A DNA stretch of 64,000 nt from an uncultured Verrucomicrobiota bacterium (GTDB taxonomy: Bacteria; Verrucomicrobiota; Verrucomicrobiia; Limisphaerales; JADLHS01): assembly GCA_903828255.1 (NCBI GenBank), contig CAIKLQ010000998.1, positions 3,133-67,132 on the forward strand, written 5' to 3'. Below are positions 47,701 to 56,379 of the stretch, one piece after another. Every line of letters begins with the position of its first letter. Position 1 is the first letter of the stretch. The translations under genes were made by a program, and so were the position numbers. The notes beneath the pieces are model-generated. The model saw only the letters and a list, made by a program, of their open reading frames with translations, was not told where the DNA came from and ran no database searches.

Positions 47701-49435
47701 AACTCCAGTTCGGAATGGGATTGGAACTGGCGGGGATAACCAGCGTGTTGGTCGCGCCACCGTAATAATTCACGTCATCTATGATTCCGATGACCGTGTA
47801 GTTGCCCGCCGCCACAGGCGGATAGAGCGAGCCGTTGTAGGACAGGTTGACTGTCAGGCCCGCCGGCGTGGTCGTGACCGTCACCGGATTGGCATTGTAG
47901 CCATCGGTCACCTGCGAGAGGTTGCTCAAAGTCACGGGCGCCGCCATCTTGGTCTTGACGGTGATGACATTGGTCATCGTGCCGCCAAACCAGGCCACGC
48001 CTTCTTGGAACATCTGGAAATGATTGGTATAGTTGCCCAGTGTGGCCGGCGACTGGAGGGTAAAGGTGAAGGCCTTGGCCCGGCCGCGGAAAATGCCGCC
48101 GTAGAGCGGGATTTCATCCTGCGTGTCGTTGATCAGAACGCGTTTGCCAGCGACCAGCGTCGTGGCGTCGGCATCCGCCTGGCCAAGCTTGTAGTTCGCG
48201 GCGGCTGTCCAGAGCGCGTTGCCGGCGTTACGGACGATGACGGTCACGGTACGGGACTCGCCGGGGGTCAGCGTGGCGGGGATGTTGTGCCAGAGAATTT
48301 TCGCGTCCTGTGCGGGAGTGTCGTTAAAGCTGGCGGCACCGCGCGCAGCGGTCTTGATATATTCGAACGGATCGCCGGTCGTGGACCACGCGTCGGTATT
48401 GCCGCTGGTGTTGGCGGAGGCGATGTAGGGGGTATTGCTGCTGGCGTACATGCCGCTGCCTTCGTCGTATTCATTCCAGCTTTCGAGGTAAACCCGCTGG
48501 GTGGTGCTGCGGTTAACTTGGTGCCACGCGTTGCTGAAATGCACGCCGCCGGCGCGGGCTAGGAAGCCGCCGGGGTTGCGGATGTTCTGGTCCCAATAGC
48601 CGGGCTTGATTTGCAGCGAGCGGATGGAGTTATAAAGGGTTTCATTGGTATAACCCCCGATCTCGAACTGATGCACCTTTTCGTCGGCAAAACTCGGAGT
48701 CACCCCGGCCACGGACGAAACCATGACAAAACCATTGGTGAAATACGGGTGGGCGGAGCCAAACGCGGTGACCAGGCGGTTGGACACGTCGGCGCGGGTG
48801 AGCGAAGGGACGTTCGAGTTGTTGGCCGACATGACATACATATCAAGGATGGGTTTATTGGCCTGGCGGGCAAGGTAGTCGTCCGCGTTGGTGCCGGTGC
48901 TCACGCTGTAATACTGGTTATAGAACCGGATGTATTGGTTCACAAACTCGTCCTTGCCGGCCCCGGTCGCGAGGTCAATCGCCGGCCCGGCATTCCAGGT
49001 AATCTGCTGGTCGAGAAACGGCGCGACCTTCGGCGTGTCGTAACCTTCGGCGCGGAGTTCGTTGAGCGCACTGAAAAGATTCCCGCGCTGTTGTTCCATG
49101 CCGGGGTAGAGATGGACGTAGAGCACGTCAATGTTGGCCCGCATCATCTGTTTGACCTGGCCTTTCCACCAGGTCGGCACGCCGGTCCAGTTGGGGCGGC
49201 CTTCGAGCGGCTGCCACGGCCCGGTGAGTTGGCCACCCGTCGCAGTGTACCAGTGAAACACGGCCGTCGCGACGTAGTGGTTGGTGGCGGAAAGGGTTGG
49301 CGCGGACGTGAACAGCGGCGGCGGTATCTGGGCTTCGGCCAGCCGCGGGGTGGCGACCAGCAAGGCCAGCAACGCCACGCGCGCACCCAGCCATTGGACA
49401 AATTTGTTGCGGCTACCGACTTGATCAATGTTCAT
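44741..49435 (-). CDS. Giant secreted multidomain protein: N-terminal glycoside-hydrolase-like (DUF5010/GH99-like) domain, about 4 CBM-like modules and cadherin/Ig-like domains
   Basis: ATG at 49435 (MNIDQVGSRNKFVQWLGARVALLALLVATPRLAEA). The YLESWNEYDEGSGMY motif is present. WNGSFE...GWRF...VDNFQI modules recur. Ig-like segments: DSFTYTVTDGYGNNGTGTVLV and DSFIYKITDGLGATNFATV. Confidence 0.8.
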   Translation of the reverse strand: MNIDQVGSRNKFVQWLGARVALLALLVATPRLAEAQIPPPLFTSAPTLSATNHYVATAVFHWYTATGGQLTGPWQPLEGRPNWTGVPTWWKGQVKQMMRANIDVLYVHLYPGMEQQRGNLFSALNELRAEGYDTPKVAPFLDQQITWNAGPAIDLATGAGKDEFVNQYIRFYNQYYSVSTGTNADDYLARQANKPILDMYVMSANNSNVPSLTRADVSNRLVTAFGSAHPYFTNGFVMVSSVAGVTPSFADEKVHQFEIGGYTNETLYNSIRSLQIKPGYWDQNIRNPGGFLARAGGVHFSNAWHQVNRSTTQRVYLESWNEYDEGSGMYASSNTPYIASANTSGNTDAWSTTGDPFEYIKTAARGAASFNDTPAQDAKILWHNIPATLTPGESRTVTVIVRNAGNALWTAAANYKLGQADADATTLVAGKRVLINDTQDEIPLYGGIFRGRAKAFTFTLQSPATLGNYTNHFQMFQEGVAWFGGTMTNVITVKTKMAAPVTLSNLSQVTDGYNANPVTVTTTPAGLTVNLSYNGSLYPPVAAGNYTVIGIIDDVNYYGGATNTLVIPASSNPIPNWSFEANSAGTTINAPQGGGMVVDGSSITGWRLVAANSANASFSATIITNASAGKQALRLDVSAGGPSYIDQWDSPMHTPVVYGHSYLVSFDAALISGAPNSLAIGAHEFDNTGTYDNTGDGLGTAVVSSANYTHYTYMLTPQNPATAQIGFVITPSAGAVSVDNFQIVDMANLPQPWNGSFEYSPAGGVVTAPQGGGDVVNSFTLVGWRFVGVNSANASFSVSIITNASAGKQALRLDLSSGGSSWVDQWDASMQTPVGYGETYLVSMDAAWISGATPYSLGIGAQEFNCDGSFSGTTEGIGNVLVSSTNYQRYAFTWTLQNPSAGALSIVVNPGVGAASVDNIQILNLTNLPPLWNGSFEYCSLGAASVIVTNGVVDGTTFAGWRFYSVGSPAILGFTGTIVDAGNFAGGTPGSHAMRLDIDNTGSPAAFDYGLDCDNNRVTVTPGQHYNLSFDLELDGTTGGRELCDVGIAEFDVNGNYLGEGVHYTPALPTDQTFHHYSMSYLPQSPNAAKVNISFRPRNPGFISALVLDNVAFGRYVSVANTITAYRAAGSATQVKKARIMSYEPLGLTLVTNSAATANGATLTTDADTIYVPASGVDDSFTYTVTDGYGNNGTGTVLVKVGAPTGSPAVTFPNGDFTANLIGTEVGVGTGGIIDTTTFADWRFYSVGSPNAADWFSATIIDASTTDAHIVQGGVPGTPAVRLDVNEASNVGADRAMDRDNARSAVTQGVTYTFSFAAALYGITGGALSLQVTLPEFDGSGAYTGTQTILTPTLDSAFRTYTYSWTPQNLATVTAFPGFHPWIPGYAVALGIGNVKLHAPVAVNLATNRASGSSIQVSIADLLAGATDTENHPLTFAGTAATTTNGSVLSNDGTYITVPANTVADSFIYKITDGLGATNFATVAISVTGGMSSTPTNIVFRMSGGNMLNLTWPGSHLGWIAQSNSVNLTDTNYWFNIPGSQSVTNLTIPISPAQLKVFYRLRLP
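46680..47750. repeat. Tandem duplication, period about 534 bp, inside the giant gene (two adjacent CBM-like modules)
   Basis: gcttgccggcggaggcattggtgatgatgctgacgctaaagga.. at 47011 is closely similar to gcttgccggcggaagcattggtgataatggtggcgctgaagga.. at 47545. Antisense ORFs 47013-47213 and 47547-47765 are near copies. Confidence 0.75.
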
Positions 49436-49547
49436 AAGCTTGAGATTGACACACCTTCTGCGTTTGGCTCCGTATATCGTCTCACCAACTTCCACTATTG
49501 TCTCAATTGCGTCTCGCTTTTCGGATCGCGAGTGCTATCAAAGTGCC

Positions 49548-50465
49548 GTGCGTGGCAGTCTTGAACGAATCTCGTCGGCCACTGGCCGCTCCTTCCGGGT
49601 GCTCCGGTGGGCGGACAATCTGCGCGATGTCGAATCGGTGCGCGACGCGAGCCATGTCGAGCGCATCCCTGGGGTCGGCGATCGCTGGCATTACCACGTC
49701 GAGATGGAGTTGACGGTTTTCACCCACGGCGAAGGCGCATTTTTCGTGGGCGATCACATTGGGCCGTTCGGTGCCGGGGAGGTTATCTTGCTCGGCGAAA
49801 ACCTGCCGCACCATTGGAGCGTGCGCGGTACCTGTGCGGGCCTTTCGGTACAGTGGAACTTCCCGCCGGAGCACGCCTTCTGGGCGTTCCCCGAGATGCT
49901 TCCCTTGGCCGGCCTTTTCCAAAAATCCGGCCACGGCATCCGCTATGGCGGCCGCACCGCTGCGGCCATCACCACCGGCATGCGGGAACTCGCGCGCACC
50001 AGCAGCCTGGAACGGCTCGGTCTGTTGCTGCGCCTCTTGTCACTCCTGGCAGGTGCGCCAGTATCGGAGCAGACCTTGCTGTCGCGCCACTCGTTTTCCC
50101 TGCCGGCGGATTCCATTCACCAGCAGGCGATCAGCGAGGCCATGCGGTATCTGCTCGCGAATTTCCGCAACGAGATCCGGCTCGATGAAATTCTCCGTCT
50201 CACGCACATGAGCAAAGCGACATTCTCCCGGCAGTTCAAGCGGCACTCGGGCAAAACCTTCAGCGAGTTCGTCGCTCACCTCCGCCTGCAAGCGGCCAGT
50301 CGCGAACTGGTCGAGACCGACCGTTCCGTCCTCGAAATCGCCCTCGCCTGTGGTTTCAGCGAAACCTCGTTTTTTAACCGCATCTTCCGGCGCATCTTAC
50401 ATTCCAGCCCCTCTGAATATCGCGCCCGGCAACGCGCGCGGCAACCACGGCCCGCGTTGAGTTGA
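49548..50465 (+). CDS. AraC-family transcriptional regulator (cupin N-domain + HTH)
   Basis: C-terminal ..LDEILRLTHMSKATFSRQFKRHSGKTFSEFVAHLRLQAASRELVETDRSVLEIALACGFSETSFFNRIFRR. In-frame GTG at 49548 is preferred. The track ATG at 49428 would overlap the divergent gene's start and give an atypical N-terminus. Confidence 0.8.
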   Translation: MRGSLERISSATGRSFRVLRWADNLRDVESVRDASHVERIPGVGDRWHYHVEMELTVFTHGEGAFFVGDHIGPFGAGEVILLGENLPHHWSVRGTCAGLSVQWNFPPEHAFWAFPEMLPLAGLFQKSGHGIRYGGRTAAAITTGMRELARTSSLERLGLLLRLLSLLAGAPVSEQTLLSRHSFSLPADSIHQQAISEAMRYLLANFRNEIRLDEILRLTHMSKATFSRQFKRHSGKTFSEFVAHLRLQAASRELVETDRSVLEIALACGFSETSFFNRIFRRILHSSPSEYRARQRARQPRPALS

Positions 50466-50702
50466 TGGAGTTTCCAGGCGAATGACGGTGCGGGACGGGT
50501 TTGCTGGTGGTCGCGACGCCTCGTCACAGCACGGTGCGAGCAACGCCTTCGTCGTGAGTTGACGAATCGTTTCCGCCAGTGTTTGGGAAATTGGACGGAG
50601 GCGGCGACTCCACCCTATGGTAACGAGGCGCCACCGCTACCCAAGCGGGCCTACTTCGGCCTGCGGGTCGAACGCGGCCCGCAAGCCCGCTTCGCATTGA
50701 GG

Positions 50703-51119
50703 TTACTTCTTCTCCTCTTTCACGCGCTTGGCTTCCCAGTCGCGGGAGTTTTTCTGGCCGTCGCGTTCGGTTTCGATGGTCCCCTTGATGGTGTCTTCCT
50801 CCACTTTGCCTTTGTAGGCGGCCGTGAATTTCGTGCCGTTGCGCTCGCGCGTGACCTTGAATGACACTTCGCCGGCCTTGAACTTCGCGTCGGTGATCTC
50901 CGTCTCCGTGTTGTCCCGGCCGGTGACCTTGCCGGTCAGCTTATCTCCGTCCTGCTTGAGCGTCAGCGTGGTTTCCATTTTCTGCCCGTTGCGCTCGAAG
51001 CTCCATTTCCATTTGCCCGCGGCCCCGGGCTTGTCGCCGGCAAACATGGAGTTGCTCGAACCGAGCACGAGGAGGGTGAACGTAGCCGCTGCCAACCAAG
51101 TAGTGAGTTTTGTTTTCAT
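50703..51119 (-). CDS. Small secreted hypothetical protein
   Basis: ATG at 51119 (MKTKLTTWLAAATFTLLVLGSSNSMFA). Lys/Glu/Thr-rich beta-type repeats (KLTGKVTGRDNTETEITDAKF.., TIKGTIETERDG). Confidence 0.6.
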   Translation of the reverse strand: MKTKLTTWLAAATFTLLVLGSSNSMFAGDKPGAAGKWKWSFERNGQKMETTLTLKQDGDKLTGKVTGRDNTETEITDAKFKAGEVSFKVTRERNGTKFTAAYKGKVEEDTIKGTIETERDGQKNSRDWEAKRVKEEKK

Positions 51120-51209
51120 GTGAGGATTTATGGTTTTTGTTTGTGTTGACCGACGCCCCAAAAAGAGGCCAACGGGGCTTGTTTGTCAAGCCGGCGGCAC
51201 TGGCCGGCA

Positions 51210-51349
51210 GCAATTCTCATTTTGGTCCGGAGCGCGGCTGTGTCGTCTCGACCAACCGCAGCCCGCCCGCACAGAACCAGGCGGTTTCTTGGCTCCTCGC
51301 GCGGCGGCTGGTCTTCGACCCCGCCGCGCTCCGCCAAAATGAGAATTGC
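51210..51349. repeat. 140-bp element bounded by about 26-bp inverted repeats (MITE-like)
   Basis: Left arm gcaattctcattttgg-tc-cggagcgcgg (51210-51237). The right-arm reverse complement is gcaattctcattttgg-cggagcgcgg (51324-51349). A 15/16 match, gcaattcttattttgg, also occurs at 5283-5298. Confidence 0.7.
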
Positions 51350-51772
51350 TGGTCGGCCAGCCGCAGTTCGTCCAAAAACACTTCGCGGCAGCCGCTGGTG
51401 TTTCAACCAACCGGCAAGCGGAGAGGAGGTTCTCAGTTCTCCCTGCCAAGTGAGCATGAGTCTCCTGACGTCGGCGGCTACCAGGCTTAGGCGAGGCCAG
51501 ACTCATCGCGTGGTGGTTTCGTGCTGGATTCCGCGGCACGAAATCTAGGCTTCGCCGGGAACTCGATGGACTACAAATCCAAAACTGGATGATCAAGGTT
51601 GGCTGATGCGGATGCGGGCAAAGCGCGCTTGCGATCCGCTGGCGGTTGCATTCAACGTCACGGCCACAGTCTCCGTGCCATCCAAATTATCCGTTACATT
51701 TTCGGTCGTGTGGGTTGGGCCGGAATTCCTGATGCCCGATGCGAGATCGTCCGCAACCTCGTAAAGGTATTA

Positions 51773-54205
51773 TCACCTGGATGAAGCCGGCAATTTGTGC
51801 AGTTCCACGCGGCTCGGCGGCTGGCCGCCGCGGAGGAGGTTGTAGGTGAGTCGCCATTGGCGATGCGCAGGGTCGTAATCGGTTTGCCAAAAGTCGTTCC
51901 CGTGGATGGCTTGATTTAGCGGGTGACCATCCACCAACAGTTCGTATCCGCGATAATCACTCAGTCCGCTGAACGTCACGGGCACATAGCCTTTGCCACC
52001 GGTCAGATTGCACACGGCACGATCCTTTCGATCTACGGTCAACGACAGCGGATAGGTTCTTCCCACCTTGCCTCGGATCGGCGTGACTTGAAGTGCGTTT
52101 CCAGCGGCCTCCTGCTGCACCAGCCGCCAGGTATCCGCGTCCTTTTCTAAAGTTTCCCGGAAGGCTATGTTTGGGCCGTAATAGGCTTGGGCGTCCGCTG
52201 GAAACATCACCAGTTCGATGTCGGCTTCCACAAAATCTCCGCGCTGCAATTCCGTCAGCCCTGGCGGCGGCGCGAGTTCGATGACGGTGCGGAAATTTCC
52301 TTTGCCCCACTCGGTGGCGTAGAACGAGGCGCTGGGTTGCGGGCACGGCTTGCCGCCGAGCACCGCGCGCCACGAACGCAGGATCAAACCGCGACTTGCC
52401 AGCGCGCTGCCCTGGTTCACCGCACCGCGCTCGACGCCATGAATGGAAATCCACGGAGCATCGCCGGCAAGGGACACGGAGCGTCGGTCATAAACATCCT
52501 TGGCGCGGCTCGGCTCCCATTCTTCGCGCAACCCCTGGCGATTGCCGACGGCCACGCGCCGGGCGGGAGTGTCGTTGTAGTAATCGGCGCCCAGTTGGTA
52601 AAACGCCAGTCGCTGCCATTTCACCGGCTGGCGCACGTCATAGCGCAGGTGATGAAAAGCCCGCAGATAGTCGTCGCTGCGCGCGATTGAGACATTCACG
52701 CGGCACGCAATCTCGCCGCCAAGCGTTTCTTCCACGTAAGCGACATCCGTGAGGCACGGGCCGTAGGCGCGGTAGTCCGTGCGCGTGGCGCGGAAACCCT
52801 GGTAACGCCCTGCGGCATCAATCCACGCGAGGAAGTCGCCGCCGCCGGCATTTGCCGCCCAGCCATAGGGCTTCGCATCGGGAGCCGGCAGCGTCATCAG
52901 CGGACGGATGTCATCAATGGCACACCGACGTTGCACGCGGCCCGGCTCGTAGCAAATGCTTTCGCCGAAGCTGCCGATGGCGGACTCATCCCAAAATTGA
53001 TTGTGCCCCCAGCCGATGAGCGAAAGTTGCGCGTGCGAAGCCGCCGGCACGCCACCGTAGCGCGCGTAGGCGAGCGCGAAAGTGAATTCCCGTCGCGACC
53101 GCGGCGGAAGGCGGATGAAAGTGCAACCGTGAAACCACGGCCCCTGATGCCGCAACGCGCCTTTTTCCGGTCGGGCATGCCAGTTCTTGGAAATCTGCAC
53201 AGGAATGCCCGTGGGATTTCCGTCCGCATCGCAGAGCAGCGGCGTGACCCCGGTGATCGCCGGAGGCTGCTCGTCAACGAACATGAGCGGCACGGTTGCC
53301 TCGCGATCCGTGTCGTTGCGCACGCTGAAACTCCAGCGGTCGAGGCGGTCCAGTTCCTCCTCGGGATAGTAAGTGCCCTGCTTGTTGGTCCACGAGCGGC
53401 GCGGCAGCGTGAGCCCGGTGCAGCCGGTTTCGGCGATGCGACTCAAGGTCAATCCAGACTCGGTTTCCACCGTGGGGGATTCCGCGCGCTCGGGCCCAAA
53501 CAGCTCCAAAACCGTGACGCGACTTGGCGCGCTCAGCGATCTCGACGACCGACGATTCCCCATCGCGATGCTCACCTCGCCGTCCGAGTCTGCGGCGCCC
53601 GGTTCCAGTTCTAGCGACGCCACCGCGCGGTCCGGCCACAGCGCAATTTCCATCCGGCCCTTGGCTCCGAGTTGGTTGCCAGCGGCATCTGCGAATTCCA
53701 GTCCCTCAATCGCGACATGCTGGAAGAAATGTCCACTCTCGATAAACCGCACGGGAAAATAGAAATCGTCTTTCGGCAAATCCCCGCGCCCGACGCACAC
53801 GAATTTCTTCCCCCGACTCTGAACGCTCAGTTCCCAGACGAGCGGGGGCAGTGTGAACAATGCTGAGTCGGCTCGCCGCAAGGCCGCTTCCATGTCCATG
53901 CGCCCGGCGAACCGACCCGCATGAAGCAATCGAAGATTCTTCGTATCCACCGCCAAGCCGAACGTGCCGCTTTGCAGGCACAGCACGGCCTCGGGTGGCG
54001 CGGCTTTCATGGTGTGGTAGCGCTGTGGGCCGTTGGCCCACCACAAAAGGGTGAAGTCTTCCGGCCGCGGCATGAACGACCCCAGCGCCGCCGCCGCCTG
54101 CGCGCAAAAGCTCACCGTGAGCAAAGCGATGGCGCCCCACTTCCTGGCGGTCATGGCTGCGGGCATCCAAACGTTTCTTCCGAGAATCATCGCCGCGAGT
54201 CTCAC
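51773..54205 (-). CDS. Large secreted hypothetical protein (no family recognised)
   Basis: 810 aa with protein-like composition throughout. Probable signal peptide WGAIALLTVSFCAQAAAA. Alternative start is ATG at 54154. Confidence 0.6.
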   Translation of the reverse strand: MRLAAMILGRNVWMPAAMTARKWGAIALLTVSFCAQAAAALGSFMPRPEDFTLLWWANGPQRYHTMKAAPPEAVLCLQSGTFGLAVDTKNLRLLHAGRFAGRMDMEAALRRADSALFTLPPLVWELSVQSRGKKFVCVGRGDLPKDDFYFPVRFIESGHFFQHVAIEGLEFADAAGNQLGAKGRMEIALWPDRAVASLELEPGAADSDGEVSIAMGNRRSSRSLSAPSRVTVLELFGPERAESPTVETESGLTLSRIAETGCTGLTLPRRSWTNKQGTYYPEEELDRLDRWSFSVRNDTDREATVPLMFVDEQPPAITGVTPLLCDADGNPTGIPVQISKNWHARPEKGALRHQGPWFHGCTFIRLPPRSRREFTFALAYARYGGVPAASHAQLSLIGWGHNQFWDESAIGSFGESICYEPGRVQRRCAIDDIRPLMTLPAPDAKPYGWAANAGGGDFLAWIDAAGRYQGFRATRTDYRAYGPCLTDVAYVEETLGGEIACRVNVSIARSDDYLRAFHHLRYDVRQPVKWQRLAFYQLGADYYNDTPARRVAVGNRQGLREEWEPSRAKDVYDRRSVSLAGDAPWISIHGVERGAVNQGSALASRGLILRSWRAVLGGKPCPQPSASFYATEWGKGNFRTVIELAPPPGLTELQRGDFVEADIELVMFPADAQAYYGPNIAFRETLEKDADTWRLVQQEAAGNALQVTPIRGKVGRTYPLSLTVDRKDRAVCNLTGGKGYVPVTFSGLSDYRGYELLVDGHPLNQAIHGNDFWQTDYDPAHRQWRLTYNLLRGGQPPSRVELHKLPASSR

Positions 54206-54475
54206 ATAAATGGCCGTGCGGCGTCACTGCGAAAAACGACCCGCGCGCCGAAGCCGGCTCGCGCCCCGGCAGTTGGTACCCCCGCTCTCGTTGCAAAGGG
54301 TTTTCCATTGCCTCGCTAACTGGTTTGCCTACGATGCCATTGCGCCGCCGTGCGTGAGTTTGAACCACTGCTGACCCAAAAATCACTTGAGCGACCCGAA
54401 TCAATTCCTTTTGTCATCCGCACCGGAAGCGGCGGTGAACGGGGCGGCGTTTTTCAAAGACGAAACGGAATAACC

Positions 54476-55702
54476 ATGCAAAACATCGTCATCGCCAAGC
54501 CCTACCGGTTTGTGCCGCCGCGTTACAGCGCGTTCTGGATGCGGATCGTCCGTTGGTATCTGCCCACGTATCTGCGGAACAGCTTCGGCATTACTTCGTG
54601 GGAGTGCGTGGGCGCGGAGCGATTGCGCGCTTCCCTGGCGGCGGGTTCAGGCGTGTTGCTGGCCTCCAACCACTGCCGCCCTTGCGATCCCATGGTCCTC
54701 GCGCTGCTCTCCGGCGAAGTCAGCCGCTCGTTCCACGTCATGGCCAGTTGGCATCTCTTCATGCAAAGCCGCGTGGAGGCATTCCTGTTGCCGCGCGTCG
54801 GCGGCTTCAGTGTTTATCGCGAAGGCCTGGATCGCGAATCGCTCAAGTGCGCCACCCGCATCCTGGCCGAGGCGCGTTTTCCCCTGGTCCTTTTCCCGGA
54901 GGGCTTCGTCACCCGCAACAACGACCGCGTGATGAACTTGATGGACGGCGTCGCGTTTCTGGCACGGTCAGCGGCCAAACAACGCGCCGTCGCGCCGCGC
55001 CCCGGCCAGACCGTCGTGCATCCAGTGTTCATCCGGTATTTCTTCGAGGGCGATGTCACGGCAACCATCACGCCCGTCTTGGAAGCCATTGAAGCCCGCC
55101 TGTCCTGGCAACCGCAGAACCAACTCCCCTTGCGCAAACGCATCATCAAAGCCGGCCACGCCTTGCTCGCGCTCAAAGAGATGGAATACCTCGGGGACTT
55201 CCAGTCCGGGGCATTCACGGAACGTCTCCTGCGCCTCCTCGATCATTTACTCTCGCCCCTCGAACAGGAATGGATCCCGGGCCGCCGCGAAACCGATTCC
55301 ATGGCGCGCATCAAACGCCTGCGCTCCGCCATCCTGCCGGAAATCGTTCACGGCGAACTCCCCGAGGAAGAGCGCGCCCGCCGCTGGCGACAGCTCTCGG
55401 ACCTCTACTTCGCCCAGCAACTACAGTGTTACTCAGGTGACTACCTAGCCGATGTGCCCACCGCCGAGCGTCTCCTGGAAACCGTGGAGCGCTACGAGGA
55501 AGACCTGACCGACATCGCCCGCCCGCATCCGCCCATCCACGCCGTCATCTCGGTCGGCGAAGCCATTGAAGCCTCACCCAACCGGGATCGCAGCGCCGAA
55601 AGTGACCCGATTGCGAACGAACTCCGCCGCCAACTCGAACAGTTGCTGGAAGAAAGCAAATCCCGGCGCCGCCCGCCCCAACCCAGCCCGCAAACCCCAT
55701 GA
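54476..55702 (+). CDS. PlsC-family (lysophospholipid/glycerol-phosphate) acyltransferase with long C-terminal extension
   Basis: ATG at 54476 (MQNIVIAKPY). Motif I is NHCRPCD (HX4D) and motif III is VLFPEGFVTRN. The C-terminal 200 aa or so are helical and unassigned. Confidence 0.75.
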   Translation: MQNIVIAKPYRFVPPRYSAFWMRIVRWYLPTYLRNSFGITSWECVGAERLRASLAAGSGVLLASNHCRPCDPMVLALLSGEVSRSFHVMASWHLFMQSRVEAFLLPRVGGFSVYREGLDRESLKCATRILAEARFPLVLFPEGFVTRNNDRVMNLMDGVAFLARSAAKQRAVAPRPGQTVVHPVFIRYFFEGDVTATITPVLEAIEARLSWQPQNQLPLRKRIIKAGHALLALKEMEYLGDFQSGAFTERLLRLLDHLLSPLEQEWIPGRRETDSMARIKRLRSAILPEIVHGELPEEERARRWRQLSDLYFAQQLQCYSGDYLADVPTAERLLETVERYEEDLTDIARPHPPIHAVISVGEAIEASPNRDRSAESDPIANELRRQLEQLLEESKSRRRPPQPSPQTP

Positions 55703-56367
55703 CTCTCTTCCTTGCCAATCTGTCCTGGCCCGGCATTGGCCTGCGCGCGGGAGTCGTTGCCGGCGGGCTGGTCATCTGGTTCTGGACGCAGTCACTCATC
55801 GCGCGCAAGGCCACGCCGAAAGCGGGCCTCGGCGATGTCGTCCACGATCTCACCGCGCCCTGGCATCAATACCTCACCACCCACCCCCGCGCCGCCAACG
55901 CCGCGCTCCTCACCAGCTCGTTCTGCATTGACTTCATTGGCCTCGCGCTGATCGGCGCGGCGGTCTTCGGCCCGACGTTCGCGCCGTTTCTGGCCGTGCT
56001 CGTGGTGTTCGCCCTGCGGCAGATTTGCCAAAGCCTCTGCACCCTTCCGCCGCCGCCGGGCATCATCTGGCGAAATCCCGGCTTCCCGACCCTGCTCGTG
56101 ACCTACGAAGTCGGCAATGACTTCTTCTTTTCCGGCCACACCGCGCTCGCCGTGCTGGGGGCCATCGAAGCGGCCCAATTCGGCCCGACGTGGCTCGCGA
56201 TTCCGGCGGCGCTCGTGGCGCTGGGCGAAATGGTCATCGTCCTCGTCCTGCGAGCGCATTACACCCTGGATGTCCTGACCGGCGCGCTGGCTGCCGCTGT
56301 CGCGGCGACGCTGGCGGCATGGATGTCCCCGACTGTGGATGCGTGGCTCGGTCGGCTGGTGGGTTAA
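55699..56367 (+). CDS. PAP2_C / sphingomyelin-synthase-like membrane phosphotransferase
   Basis: 222 aa with about six TM segments. GNDFFFSGHT (SGHT at 56131-56142) and HYTLDV (56257-56274) match the D3/D4 motifs of the SMS family. ATGA overlap with the acyltransferase gene. Confidence 0.65.
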   Translation: MTLFLANLSWPGIGLRAGVVAGGLVIWFWTQSLIARKATPKAGLGDVVHDLTAPWHQYLTTHPRAANAALLTSSFCIDFIGLALIGAAVFGPTFAPFLAVLVVFALRQICQSLCTLPPPPGIIWRNPGFPTLLVTYEVGNDFFFSGHTALAVLGAIEAAQFGPTWLAIPAALVALGEMVIVLVLRAHYTLDVLTGALAAAVAATLAAWMSPTVDAWLGRLVG

Positions 56368-56379
56368 TCAGCCCGGAGG

